Shown here: piece by piece, positions 50,134-58,284 of the stretch
Layout of the letters: each line of letters opens with the position of its first letter
Numbering within the stretch: the stretch's first letter is position 1
Assembly (NCBI GenBank): GCA_053919585.1
Contig: JBSSHM010000318.1
Origin: Euprymna scolopes
Taxonomy: Eukaryota
Reading direction: 5' to 3' (one strand)
DNA: 58,284 nucleotides
Position numbers and translations under genes: made by a program
Notes under the pieces: generated by a model
What the model was told of the DNA's origin: nothing
What the model saw: the letters and a program-made list of their open reading frames with translations, nothing else
The model's database searches: none

Positions 50134-51400
50134 ATGCAAGTAGATGTAGTCATCATAGGTGGTAATATTACTGGTTCTGTTGCGGCTTTGGTGTTAGAAA
50201 AATTAGGATTATCTGTTGCCATTATTGAAAGAACTCCACCAAGCACAATGAGCTACAGTGCTGAACAGTCTTACGGGATTAGAGTGAGTTCGATCATTCC
50301 AGTGGTGAAAAATTTTCTACAACAGCTAGGAGTATGGGAGAAATTATTGCCAGAACGCATACAATCTATACGAAGTATGCAGGTATGGGAAAGTGATTTA
50401 CAACACTCGCTTAAGTTTGGGGAAAATACGATACAGCATTCACCAGTTGCATGGACAATTGAGAACAATCATATTCAAAATATTTGTTGGCAATTACTCA
50501 ATGATACTTCTTGTGAGAAAATTATTGGTCAATGGCAGAAAATCGATAGACTAACTGATTCAACAGGTAATTGTTCAGGATATGAGTTAAAGATTGTTGA
50601 AAAGGAAGATGCTAGTGAACATACAAGAATCTTACGAACGAAATTATTAATTGCTGCGGATGGTGCAAAATCATCTGTACGGAAATGGAGTGGAATTTTA
50701 TCGCATACCAAACCCTATCAACAACATTGTATAGTTGGTAATGTCCGCACTAAGCAAGCCCATCAGCAAATTGCATGGGCAACGTTACCATAAAGGATTA
50801 GCTTTTGCTTTTTTACCCTTAGCTAATGAGTATTGTTCCATTGCTTGGTATGTGAGTGAAAAGGAGAGTAAAGAGATTTTATCAGAAACTGTTGTGCGAC
50901 AAAAACAACTTATGTTTGAGGCATCAGGTGGTATGCTTGGGGGAATTGAGGAAATACAAGAATTAGCAGCATTTCCAATTATTCGTTTCCGATGCTGCAA
51001 AAATTTATAATGAAAATGTTGTACTAATTGGCGATGCAATTCGTACTATTCACCCTATGGCAGGGCAGGGTGTAAATTTGGGGCTTTGCGATGTGGCAGT
51101 ATTAAGTAATATTCTACAAGATGCATTACAACACAACATTTCTATTGATGAACCACTTCTACTTAAGAAATATGCACGAAGGAGAAGTGAATATAAATTA
51201 TTACAATTTGGAATGGATAGTATTCATACATTTTTTAACAGCTCAATAATAGCTGATTTCAGACCGACATTATTGCAAAAATTAGATGCTTTATCTATTG
51301 GTAAGCAGTGGGCTTACTGAAGTAGCAATGGGGCTTCATAGTGATGTACCAATCTCTCTAAAAAGATATAATAGATTAAATTTGTTTAGTATTAACCATG
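50134..51400 (+). CDS. UbiI/UbiF-like FAD-dependent hydroxylase interrupted by three apparent +1 frameshifts; 3' end approximate
   Basis: RVSSI, AADGAKSSVR. Removing single bases at about 50778, 50987 and 51310 gives WQRY..., IIRSDAAKIYNENVVLIGDAIRTIHPMAGQGVNLG and KQWLTEVAMG. Confidence 0.75.
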
Positions 51401-53587
51401 AGTCGTACAAACCATTATCCAGAAGATCCAAACTCACATCAGGAAAAAAAGATTTATGCAGAACCCGTTCCTAGCAGAGAATACATTAAACAAGTTCTTG
51501 AGAAAGCAGAAAAAGATTATAAAATCAAAAATTTAATTGAGAACATTGGTGTATTGCCACAACATGAAGAAGGTTTTAGGAATCGTCTTAAAGCTATGAT
51601 TCGTGATGGTGAGATTATTCAAACAAAGAAAAAACACTATAAAATTGCCAACACATTACCAACTATTAAAGGTAGGGTGACAGGGCATCCAGATGGCTAT
51701 GGTTTTATTGTCACTAGTGAAGTCCCAGATAAGTTATTCTGTCCTGCTCGTGAAATGCATAAGGTGATGCATGGTGATGATGTATTGGTAAAGATTGTAT
51801 CGCAGTCACGATCTGGTCGATCAGAAGTTATTATTGATAAAGTATTAAAGCATAATACACATTCTGTGGTGGGTAAATTGTATACTGAAGGTCAGATAAC
51901 TTTTGTGCGTTCATTGAATAAGAAGCAACCAGATGTTATGGTAATGAATCCACCTAAGAAGGCAGTTAGTGACTATGTGTGTATTGAAATTACGCATCAG
52001 CCAACGATTAAGTCACCGGCTATGGGTAAAATCTCAGAAGTGATTAATCCTGCTAAGAAAATAGATATTTTATTGGCAATTAAATCACATCAGCTTCCCC
52101 ATGAATGGAATAGAGAGCAACGTAAGTATACTAAGAAATATCACAAGCGTATCTCAAAGAAAGAATGTGAAATTGAAATAAACAAAGGAAGAAAAGATAT
52201 TTGTCATCTACCGTTTTTTACTATTGATGGTAAGGATGCAAAGGATTTTGATGATGCCGTTTACTGTAAGGAATTGGATAATGGTGGTTGGAAACTCATT
52301 GTTTCTATTGCTGATGTATCACATTATATTCATCCTGATGACCCTTTGGATAAAGAGGCTCAAAGGCGTGGTAATTCCATTTATTTTCCAGGTCATGTTA
52401 TTCCGATGTTGCCAGAAGAACTTTCTAATGGGATATGTTCACTAAATCCTCATGTGAGCCGTTTTAGTTTAAGTTGTGAAATGGAAATTAATGTTCATGG
52501 AGAAGTAGAAAAATTTAGTTTTTATCCAAGTATTATCAAATCTGCTGCGCGTTTTACCTATAAACAAGTTAATATTTTATTTAAAAATAAAAGTCATAAA
52601 AATTGGAAAGATTATTCAGAAAAAACTCAACATTCATTGCTAAGTTTATTTGACTTATATAAAGCACAAAAAAAATCCAGAATTAAAAGAGGAGCAATTG
52701 ATGTTGAAACAGCAAATCTTGAGTTTTCTATTTCAGCCAAAGGTAAAATTAAAAAAATTAGACGACATAAATTAAAGGTATCACATCGTATTATTGAAGA
52801 ATGCATGTTGATGGCAAATGTGTGTGCAGCACGTTTTTTAGAGCAACATGACAAGGCTTTTCTTTATCGAGTGCATGATCAACCTAAGTTGCAAAAAGTA
52901 CAAGCACTTAGAGAACTATTGGATGACTTAGATATTAATTTTGATAGAAGTGAAATACCTAGCCCGAATGCTTTTGCACAAGTGCTACATTATGCAAAAA
53001 AAACGACCTATAAAAATATTGTACAAACTGCGGTATTACGCTCTTTCAAAAAAGCAAAGTATAGTTTAGATAATATAGGACATTTTGGGTTAAATTATCC
53101 TTCATATACACACTTTACCTCCCCAATACGTCGCTATCCAGATGTGATTGTACATCGTGCTATCAAAGAGGTGATTTCATATCAAGAGCAAATAGATATG
53201 CAGACACGAAGGGCACAATTATCCCATCTTGCTGAACACCTTTCTTATACAGAAAGGCGTGCAGATGAAGCTACTCGTGAAGTAACAGAGCGTCTTAAAT
53301 GTGAATATGCTAGCCATCATATTGGAGATGTTTTTGAAGGTACTGTGAGTAATGTAACCAGTTTTGGGTTATTTATTGATTTAGACAAGATCTATACAGA
53401 GGGCTTATTACATATTTCATCTTTAGGTTCAGATTATTTCATTTATGATGAAATTCATCATTGTTTGCGTGGTGAAAAAAGTGGTAAACATTATGAGATT
53501 GGCACACGATTAAATGTTTGTCTCACTCGTGTAAGTATTGAAGATAGTAGAATATACTTAGATTTAGTTAAGCGGGCTAAAGATTAA
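51398..53587 (+). CDS. rnr: Ribonuclease R
   Basis: HPDGYGF, TIDG.DAKDFDDA, IADVSHY, HFTSPIRRYPD, C-terminal S1 domain; adjacent to rlmB. Confidence 0.95.
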   Translation: MSRTNHYPEDPNSHQEKKIYAEPVPSREYIKQVLEKAEKDYKIKNLIENIGVLPQHEEGFRNRLKAMIRDGEIIQTKKKHYKIANTLPTIKGRVTGHPDGYGFIVTSEVPDKLFCPAREMHKVMHGDDVLVKIVSQSRSGRSEVIIDKVLKHNTHSVVGKLYTEGQITFVRSLNKKQPDVMVMNPPKKAVSDYVCIEITHQPTIKSPAMGKISEVINPAKKIDILLAIKSHQLPHEWNREQRKYTKKYHKRISKKECEIEINKGRKDICHLPFFTIDGKDAKDFDDAVYCKELDNGGWKLIVSIADVSHYIHPDDPLDKEAQRRGNSIYFPGHVIPMLPEELSNGICSLNPHVSRFSLSCEMEINVHGEVEKFSFYPSIIKSAARFTYKQVNILFKNKSHKNWKDYSEKTQHSLLSLFDLYKAQKKSRIKRGAIDVETANLEFSISAKGKIKKIRRHKLKVSHRIIEECMLMANVCAARFLEQHDKAFLYRVHDQPKLQKVQALRELLDDLDINFDRSEIPSPNAFAQVLHYAKKTTYKNIVQTAVLRSFKKAKYSLDNIGHFGLNYPSYTHFTSPIRRYPDVIVHRAIKEVISYQEQIDMQTRRAQLSHLAEHLSYTERRADEATREVTERLKCEYASHHIGDVFEGTVSNVTSFGLFIDLDKIYTEGLLHISSLGSDYFIYDEIHHCLRGEKSGKHYEIGTRLNVCLTRVSIEDSRIYLDLVKRAKD

Positions 53588-54396
53588 TGAGTGAAAAAAC
53601 AATGGTTGTGGTTTATGGGGTTCATGCCGTACAGGCACTACTCACTCAGCGCCCACAAGATGTCATCTCTTTACATAGCCAGCAAGATAATAAAAATCTC
53701 CGTATAGAATCGTTAATTGAGAAGGCGAGAGCATTAGGTATTAAGCTTAATTTCACTACTGAAGATAGCTTGCAACAACTCACTTCAAAGGCTTTCTCAC
53801 ATATTAAAGTTGTGCATCAAGGCATTGTTGCAATAGCAAAACCCAATAAGCCATTAAGTGAAAAGCAATTACAGCAGGATTGTCAGCGTGTAGGTAATAA
53901 TCCCGAGTCTCAATTATGGCTTGTACTAGATAATATTCAAGACCCACAAAATCTTGGTGCTATTTTGCGTAATGCTGAATCTTGTGCTTGTAATGGTATT
54001 ATTTCTCCAAGTCATCATAGTGCACCGCTGAATCAAACTGCACGGAAAATTGCCAGTGGGGCTGCTGAATTAGTAAAATTTTATCAAGTTAGCAATCTTG
54101 CTCGTGCGATTACCCATTTACAACAAGCAGCTATATGGACAATTGGTTTGGATGCAGAGCAGCAGGATGAACAAATAAAAAATACAGCATCCTCGCAAAA
54201 TCTATTTAACATAGATTTAACAGGGAATATTGCTTTTATACTTGGTTCAGAGGGTTCAGGATTAAGACAAAAAACTAAACACTATTGTGATCAAATTGCA
54301 CATTTACCTATGTTAGGCAATACTCAAAGTTTAAATGTTTCCCATGCTACCACAGTTGCTCTTTTTGAGACAATACGGCAACGACAACATAAGTAA
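53587..54396 (+). CDS. rlmB: 23S rRNA (Gm2251) methyltransferase
   Basis: YGVHAV, HQGIVA, DPQNLGAILR, GSEGSGLR, SLNVS. Confidence 0.92.
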   Translation: MSEKTMVVVYGVHAVQALLTQRPQDVISLHSQQDNKNLRIESLIEKARALGIKLNFTTEDSLQQLTSKAFSHIKVVHQGIVAIAKPNKPLSEKQLQQDCQRVGNNPESQLWLVLDNIQDPQNLGAILRNAESCACNGIISPSHHSAPLNQTARKIASGAAELVKFYQVSNLARAITHLQQAAIWTIGLDAEQQDEQIKNTASSQNLFNIDLTGNIAFILGSEGSGLRQKTKHYCDQIAHLPMLGNTQSLNVSHATTVALFETIRQRQHK

Positions 54397-54427
54397 TAAC
54401 ATAAAAAGTTATTGAATAACATGATAA

Positions 54428-55606
54428 CTAATTTTCATAAGATATATCACTTTCAGAAAGAATCTTGAGATATTCTTTAAACATAAAAATGCGATTACGT
54501 TTTTGTCCAGTTATTTCGGTAAGTATTTTTAATTCGGTGAAATTTGTTAATAGTTGTTGTGAAATTTGGGCACTGAATCCTAAATGTTCTTGAATATCGC
54601 TTGCATCAATAAAGACTTCACTGAATAATAAATCTAATAACTGTAAACCTTTCTCTGTTCTTCGACCTAATGCATTTGGGATAATTTCACCCTTTAGGTA
54701 ATTTTGATAGGAAAGTAAATTTTCTGTTACTTGAATGCCATTGAGAGCAGTTTTCTCCACTGCAGTTAAAAAGAAAGCAATCCACTTAATTAAACCACTA
54801 AGATTATTTCTTCCTATATTAAGATAGTGATAATAGCTTGTGCGATGTGCTTCAAAAAAATCAGAGATATATAAAATAGGTTGTTCAATTACTTTTTTTT
54901 CTAAAAGATAGAGAGGCACGAGCATCCTACCAATTCGTCCATTACCATCTAGGAAAGGATGAATAGTTTCAAATTGATAGTGAATTAATGCTACTTTAAT
55001 TAAGTGTGAAAGCATGATACTATCATCTTGAATATATTTTTCTAATTGGCTCATCAAGTCTAAAACATGTATCTCACTTGGTGGGACAAAATGTGCATTT
55101 TGCAGATTATTCCCACCAATCCAATTTTGGCTATGTCTAAATTCTCCTGGGAGTTTATTCTTTCCTCTTACTTGGTTAAGTAGGCAGTGGTGAGCATCTC
55201 GAATTACTCGATTGCATAAGGGAAGTTTTGTTAACTGTTTGGTTGCAGTATTTGTAGCAGTAATATAAGCATTGAGTTCTTCCCAATCATCACGATTTTC
55301 AGTAACATTAACGGCTTTTTTAAAAGCATCTTCAAGTGTGGTTTGCGTTCCTTCAATGCGACTTGACTGCATGGCTTCTTTATTAATATAAGCCATGATA
55401 AATTGCGTAGGTGAGGGTATTCTCTTAATTAATGATGAAAAATTTCCTAAAGCAAGTGAGCTTTTTTCAACTTGTGCGGTAATGGATGCGGGTAAATGAG
55501 TAATAATTGCCTCTGTTATGGTAAAAATATTTTCAGGTAGAAAATATTGATAGCCTGTTGTTGATTTTATCCAATTTCCAGTTTGAATAGAGGTTTTTGA
55601 ATACAT
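54428..55606 (-). CDS. Fic-family AMPylase with N-terminal inhibitory motif and C-terminal HTH
   Basis: HPFLDGNGRIGR; SSRIEG (S/TxxxEG); LTEITGQKRNRIF. Confidence 0.92.
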   Translation of the reverse strand: MYSKTSIQTGNWIKSTTGYQYFLPENIFTITEAIITHLPASITAQVEKSSLALGNFSSLIKRIPSPTQFIMAYINKEAMQSSRIEGTQTTLEDAFKKAVNVTENRDDWEELNAYITATNTATKQLTKLPLCNRVIRDAHHCLLNQVRGKNKLPGEFRHSQNWIGGNNLQNAHFVPPSEIHVLDLMSQLEKYIQDDSIMLSHLIKVALIHYQFETIHPFLDGNGRIGRMLVPLYLLEKKVIEQPILYISDFFEAHRTSYYHYLNIGRNNLSGLIKWIAFFLTAVEKTALNGIQVTENLLSYQNYLKGEIIPNALGRRTEKGLQLLDLLFSEVFIDASDIQEHLGFSAQISQQLLTNFTELKILTEITGQKRNRIFMFKEYLKILSESDISYEN

Positions 55607-55620
55607 ACACGATGTGTTGT

Positions 55621-55731
55621 TTATAATTCCAAAAAAGCAATTAATTCATATTATAAGAAATTATAATTCCAAAAAAGCTATTAACTCATATTATAAGAAA
55701 TTATCATTCCAATAAAACTTTCAAATCATAT
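55621..55731. repeat. 40-bp tandem direct repeat (2 near-exact copies plus 1 degenerate) upstream of fic
   Basis: TTATAATTCCAAAAAAGCwATTAAyTCATATTATAAGAAA at 55621 and 55661; degenerate third copy from 55701. Confidence 0.9.
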
Positions 55732-55742
55732 CGTGTTAGGAA

Positions 55743-56150
55743 TTAATGGATTGGAGTTTTATTTTTCATAGTAGTGAGGAATTTTTGCAGTGTTTCATCT
55801 AGAGTATAAAAATCACTGGATTGGTTAGTGTATATATTAGTTGTTGTTTGTAGATGAGTTGGGGTGGTTAAGGAACCTGCTGAGATACAAATAGTATTCT
55901 CGTTATCGGATTTCCAAAATAGACTTGAGCCACAATTTTTACAAAATCCTCTTTGTGCATGATCGTTTTCTACCCGATACCATCGGATAGAATGCTGGTT
56001 TTTAATAGTAATATTACTAAGACTTACTTTAGTATATGCAGCATAATTACCATGGAATTTTCGACAACCTTCACAATGACAATTTATCACATGGCGTGGA
56101 TTCTTAATGGAAAAAGTAATGGTTTTACACAAGCAAGATCCTGTATTCAC
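55743..56150 (-). CDS. GFA (glutathione-dependent formaldehyde-activating / CENP-V) family protein
   Basis: GSCLC, CHCEGCRK, RGFCKNCGSSLFW; GTG start overlaps the upstream TGA (GTGA). Confidence 0.85.
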   Translation of the reverse strand: MNTGSCLCKTITFSIKNPRHVINCHCEGCRKFHGNYAAYTKVSLSNITIKNQHSIRWYRVENDHAQRGFCKNCGSSLFWKSDNENTICISAGSLTTPTHLQTTTNIYTNQSSDFYTLDETLQKFLTTMKNKTPIH

Positions 56151-56899
56151 AGTATGCTTTGAATTTTTTGATAGATATTTGGTGCACTGCTTTGGGTATA
56201 TATCCAACTGAGCCATTTTTTATAAAATGCATTGGTGAGAATATGCATATTATCCATTTTTTGTTGAATATCTTGTTTAATTTTTTTAATGGTTTGCATT
56301 GAACCATTATTTGGTTGAATATCATGCCTATAGATATCTAACCATTTTTCTAACATTGTTGCATCAATTTCAATATGTGCTTGTGTACCAAGCATGGTAT
56401 TGATCACAAAGGCTTGGTTGGGACAATAGGTCGTTTTGTATAGGTGAGTAGATTGTGCAGGAATAGTGAATTGTTCACCGTGCCACGTTAGGACTTGAAT
56501 ATTTTTTGGCAAGCAATGAAGCCAATCTTGAGCAAGTTCATTATCACAAAAAGAAATTTGATGCCAACCGATCTCTTTTTGTTCCATACGAGTAACTGTT
56601 CCTCCTAAAGCTTTACTAATGAGTTGAGCGCCTAGGCAATGTCCAAGTACGGGAATATTTTTTTGCTTAGCAATACGAATAAGATTTACTTCTTCCTCTA
56701 TCCATGGTAATGGGTCATTGACGCTCATGGTTCCACCCCAAAATACCAGTCCTCCAATATTTTCATGGATATCATTTGGTATTGCATTGCCTTCATCAAT
56801 TTTAATAATTTTATGGGGTATAGTTAATTGCTTGAGTAAGCCAGTTAAATGTGGTGCTTTTATCCATGACTCGTGTCGAAATAAAAGTAATTTTTTCAT
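56147..56899 (-). CDS. Class I glutamine amidotransferase-like protein
   Basis: GGTMSVND, LGHCLGAQL, EIGW, WHGE, Q.HIE (Cys-His-Glu triad). Confidence 0.88.
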   Translation of the reverse strand: MKKLLLFRHESWIKAPHLTGLLKQLTIPHKIIKIDEGNAIPNDIHENIGGLVFWGGTMSVNDPLPWIEEEVNLIRIAKQKNIPVLGHCLGAQLISKALGGTVTRMEQKEIGWHQISFCDNELAQDWLHCLPKNIQVLTWHGEQFTIPAQSTHLYKTTYCPNQAFVINTMLGTQAHIEIDATMLEKWLDIYRHDIQPNNGSMQTIKKIKQDIQQKMDNMHILTNAFYKKWLSWIYTQSSAPNIYQKIQSIL

Positions 56900-56922
56900 T
56901 TTGAATGAATTATGATTAAAAA

Positions 56923-58284
56923 TTATTCAATCCCAAGTGCTTTTTTTCTTTGTGTAGCCCATGTGCTAATAAGATGATCCACTGCTAATCCAATAAAGGC
57001 AACGCATAGCCCTAATATGAGACCATTGCCCATGCCTTTTTCATCAGATAGCGATTTAAGAATGAGTTGTCCTAAGTCATCAGTACCAATCATCGCTCCG
57101 ATAATCACCATAAATAGTGAAAACATAACCGTTTGGTTAATTCCAAGCATGATATGTGGAAAGGCTAGAGGAATTTCTATTCTAAGGAGTCGTTGTAAGC
57201 GATTGACTCCAGACATGGATCCAGCATCTTGTAAGGTTGATGGGACATTTCTTAATCCTTCAACGGTGTAGCGGGTGGAGGGTATGGTTGCATAGACGAT
57301 GACAGCAATTAGCACGGAAGTGTCTGTAACGCCAAATAACATGATTACTGGTATAAGATAAATAAAAGAGGGAAAAGTTTGGAATGTATCGCAAACTAAT
57401 AAGATAAAGTGACTGGCTTTGTTATTTTGTGCACACAAAATTCCGACACCACATCCTATAATCGTAGAGATAATCACTGCAAATGTTACCATGTAAGTGG
57501 TAATGAGGGCTCTGTCCCACCATGGAGTGAGTGCAATAAATAGTAAAAAGCCACCAACGGTCAGTGTTGATTTTATACCTCCAATAATATACCCAATACC
57601 CATGACTAATGCAAATGTTGCAATCACGGGCATATTTAAGTAGGCTTTTTTCATTGGAATGAGAATCTGATTAATCAGGAAATAATTGAAAGCCTGTAGA
57701 TTATGATACCAATTTTCAACTATCCAATCTACTCCTGCCTGCCAAAGTTCTTGACTAGTTAATCCTTTAGTGTGTGGAATAATATACAGATAGTTAATAT
57801 CATTAAAAACAAATGAGCCAATATATGCGAGTATAACACTGATGAGTAGACTAATTAGAAAATATATGCTGTATTTGTGTTTTTGAAAAAAGGTATAGTT
57901 TGCATGGTAATTAACAGGTTTATTTGCCCAAGCAAGTGACAGTTTATCGAGTATTAAAGCGATGAGTACAATTGAAATTCCAAGTTCTAAAGCTTGTCCA
58001 ATTTTTAATTGATTAAGTGCAGAAATTAGGTTAAACCCGAGCCCTTTAGCTCCAATAAAAGAGGCAATGACGGCCATGGCTAGGCACTGCATAATGACCT
58101 GATTAATGCCGATAAGAATATCTTTTCTAGCGGTTGGGATTTGTACTTTAAATAAGAGTTGTTTTTGTGTGCAGCCACTCATTACTCCTGCTTCAGTAAC
58201 CTCAGGAGTAACTTTTTTCAAACCTAATAAAGTTAGACGTACCATAGGTGGTGTAGCAAAAATTACTGTTGCGATTGCTCCAGC
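56923..58284 (-). CDS. Double-domain ProW-like (betaine/proline/methylamine-oxide) ABC permease, 5' part outside the window
   Basis: Two EAA-like loops (EAGVMSG, DAGSMSG), QTFPSFIYLIP, two GINQ motifs. Confidence 0.88.
   Translation of the reverse strand, partial: AGAIATVIFATPPMVRLTLLGLKKVTPEVTEAGVMSGCTQKQLLFKVQIPTARKDILIGINQVIMQCLAMAVIASFIGAKGLGFNLISALNQLKIGQALELGISIVLIALILDKLSLAWANKPVNYHANYTFFQKHKYSIYFLISLLISVILAYIGSFVFNDINYLYIIPHTKGLTSQELWQAGVDWIVENWYHNLQAFNYFLINQILIPMKKAYLNMPVIATFALVMGIGYIIGGIKSTLTVGGFLLFIALTPWWDRALITTYMVTFAVIISTIIGCGVGILCAQNNKASHFILLVCDTFQTFPSFIYLIPVIMLFGVTDTSVLIAVIVYATIPSTRYTVEGLRNVPSTLQDAGSMSGVNRLQRLLRIEIPLAFPHIMLGINQTVMFSLFMVIIGAMIGTDDLGQLILKSLSDEKGMGNGLILGLCVAFIGLAVDHLISTWATQRKKALGIE

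Noticed and set aside
55621-55731. Possible CRISPR array
   Set aside because: Contiguous 40-bp units with no unique spacers
56147-56216. Frameshifted GATase-GFA fusion
   Set aside because: A GTG at 56150 overlapping the GATase TGA explains the overlap as normal translational coupling

Overview
AT-rich bacterial chromosomal window, most likely a gammaproteobacterium given ParE, TrmA, HemF, PurF, RuvB and Rnr-RlmB. Left end (1-9.5 kb): a surface-glycan locus with RfbF cytidylyltransferase, a UXS-type decarboxylase, a nucleotide-sugar 6-dehydrogenase, an RmlC-type epimerase, a GtrA flippase, an RfbJ/RfbS-like reductase, two GtrB-like GT2s and a WecA-like transferase. It is interrupted by an in-frame fusion of a type III R-M Mod N-terminus to a Res C-terminus. 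The rest is mostly housekeeping genes (dprA, trmA, pdxH, parE, purF, gloB, tal, hslU, hemF, cysE, trpCD, ruvB, panD, ubi hydroxylases, rnr, rlmB). Accessory blocks are an imelysin/di-haem/imelysin/DUF1513 operon, an EF-hand/ECF sigma/anti-sigma/DM13 cluster, a decayed integron-cassette remnant (attC) between IS5-like ends, an NAD-dependent formate dehydrogenase operon, a Fic gene, and a ProW-like permease/GATase/GFA unit cut by the window edge. The best candidates for new biology are an apparent CDP-pentose pathway coupled to a Gtr system, a 14-bp VNTR that forms a chain of overlapping mini-ORFs between two genes, and the Mod-Res chimera. Seven single-base indels in short homopolymers are probably sequencing errors. 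No rRNA, tRNA or CRISPR array was recognised.
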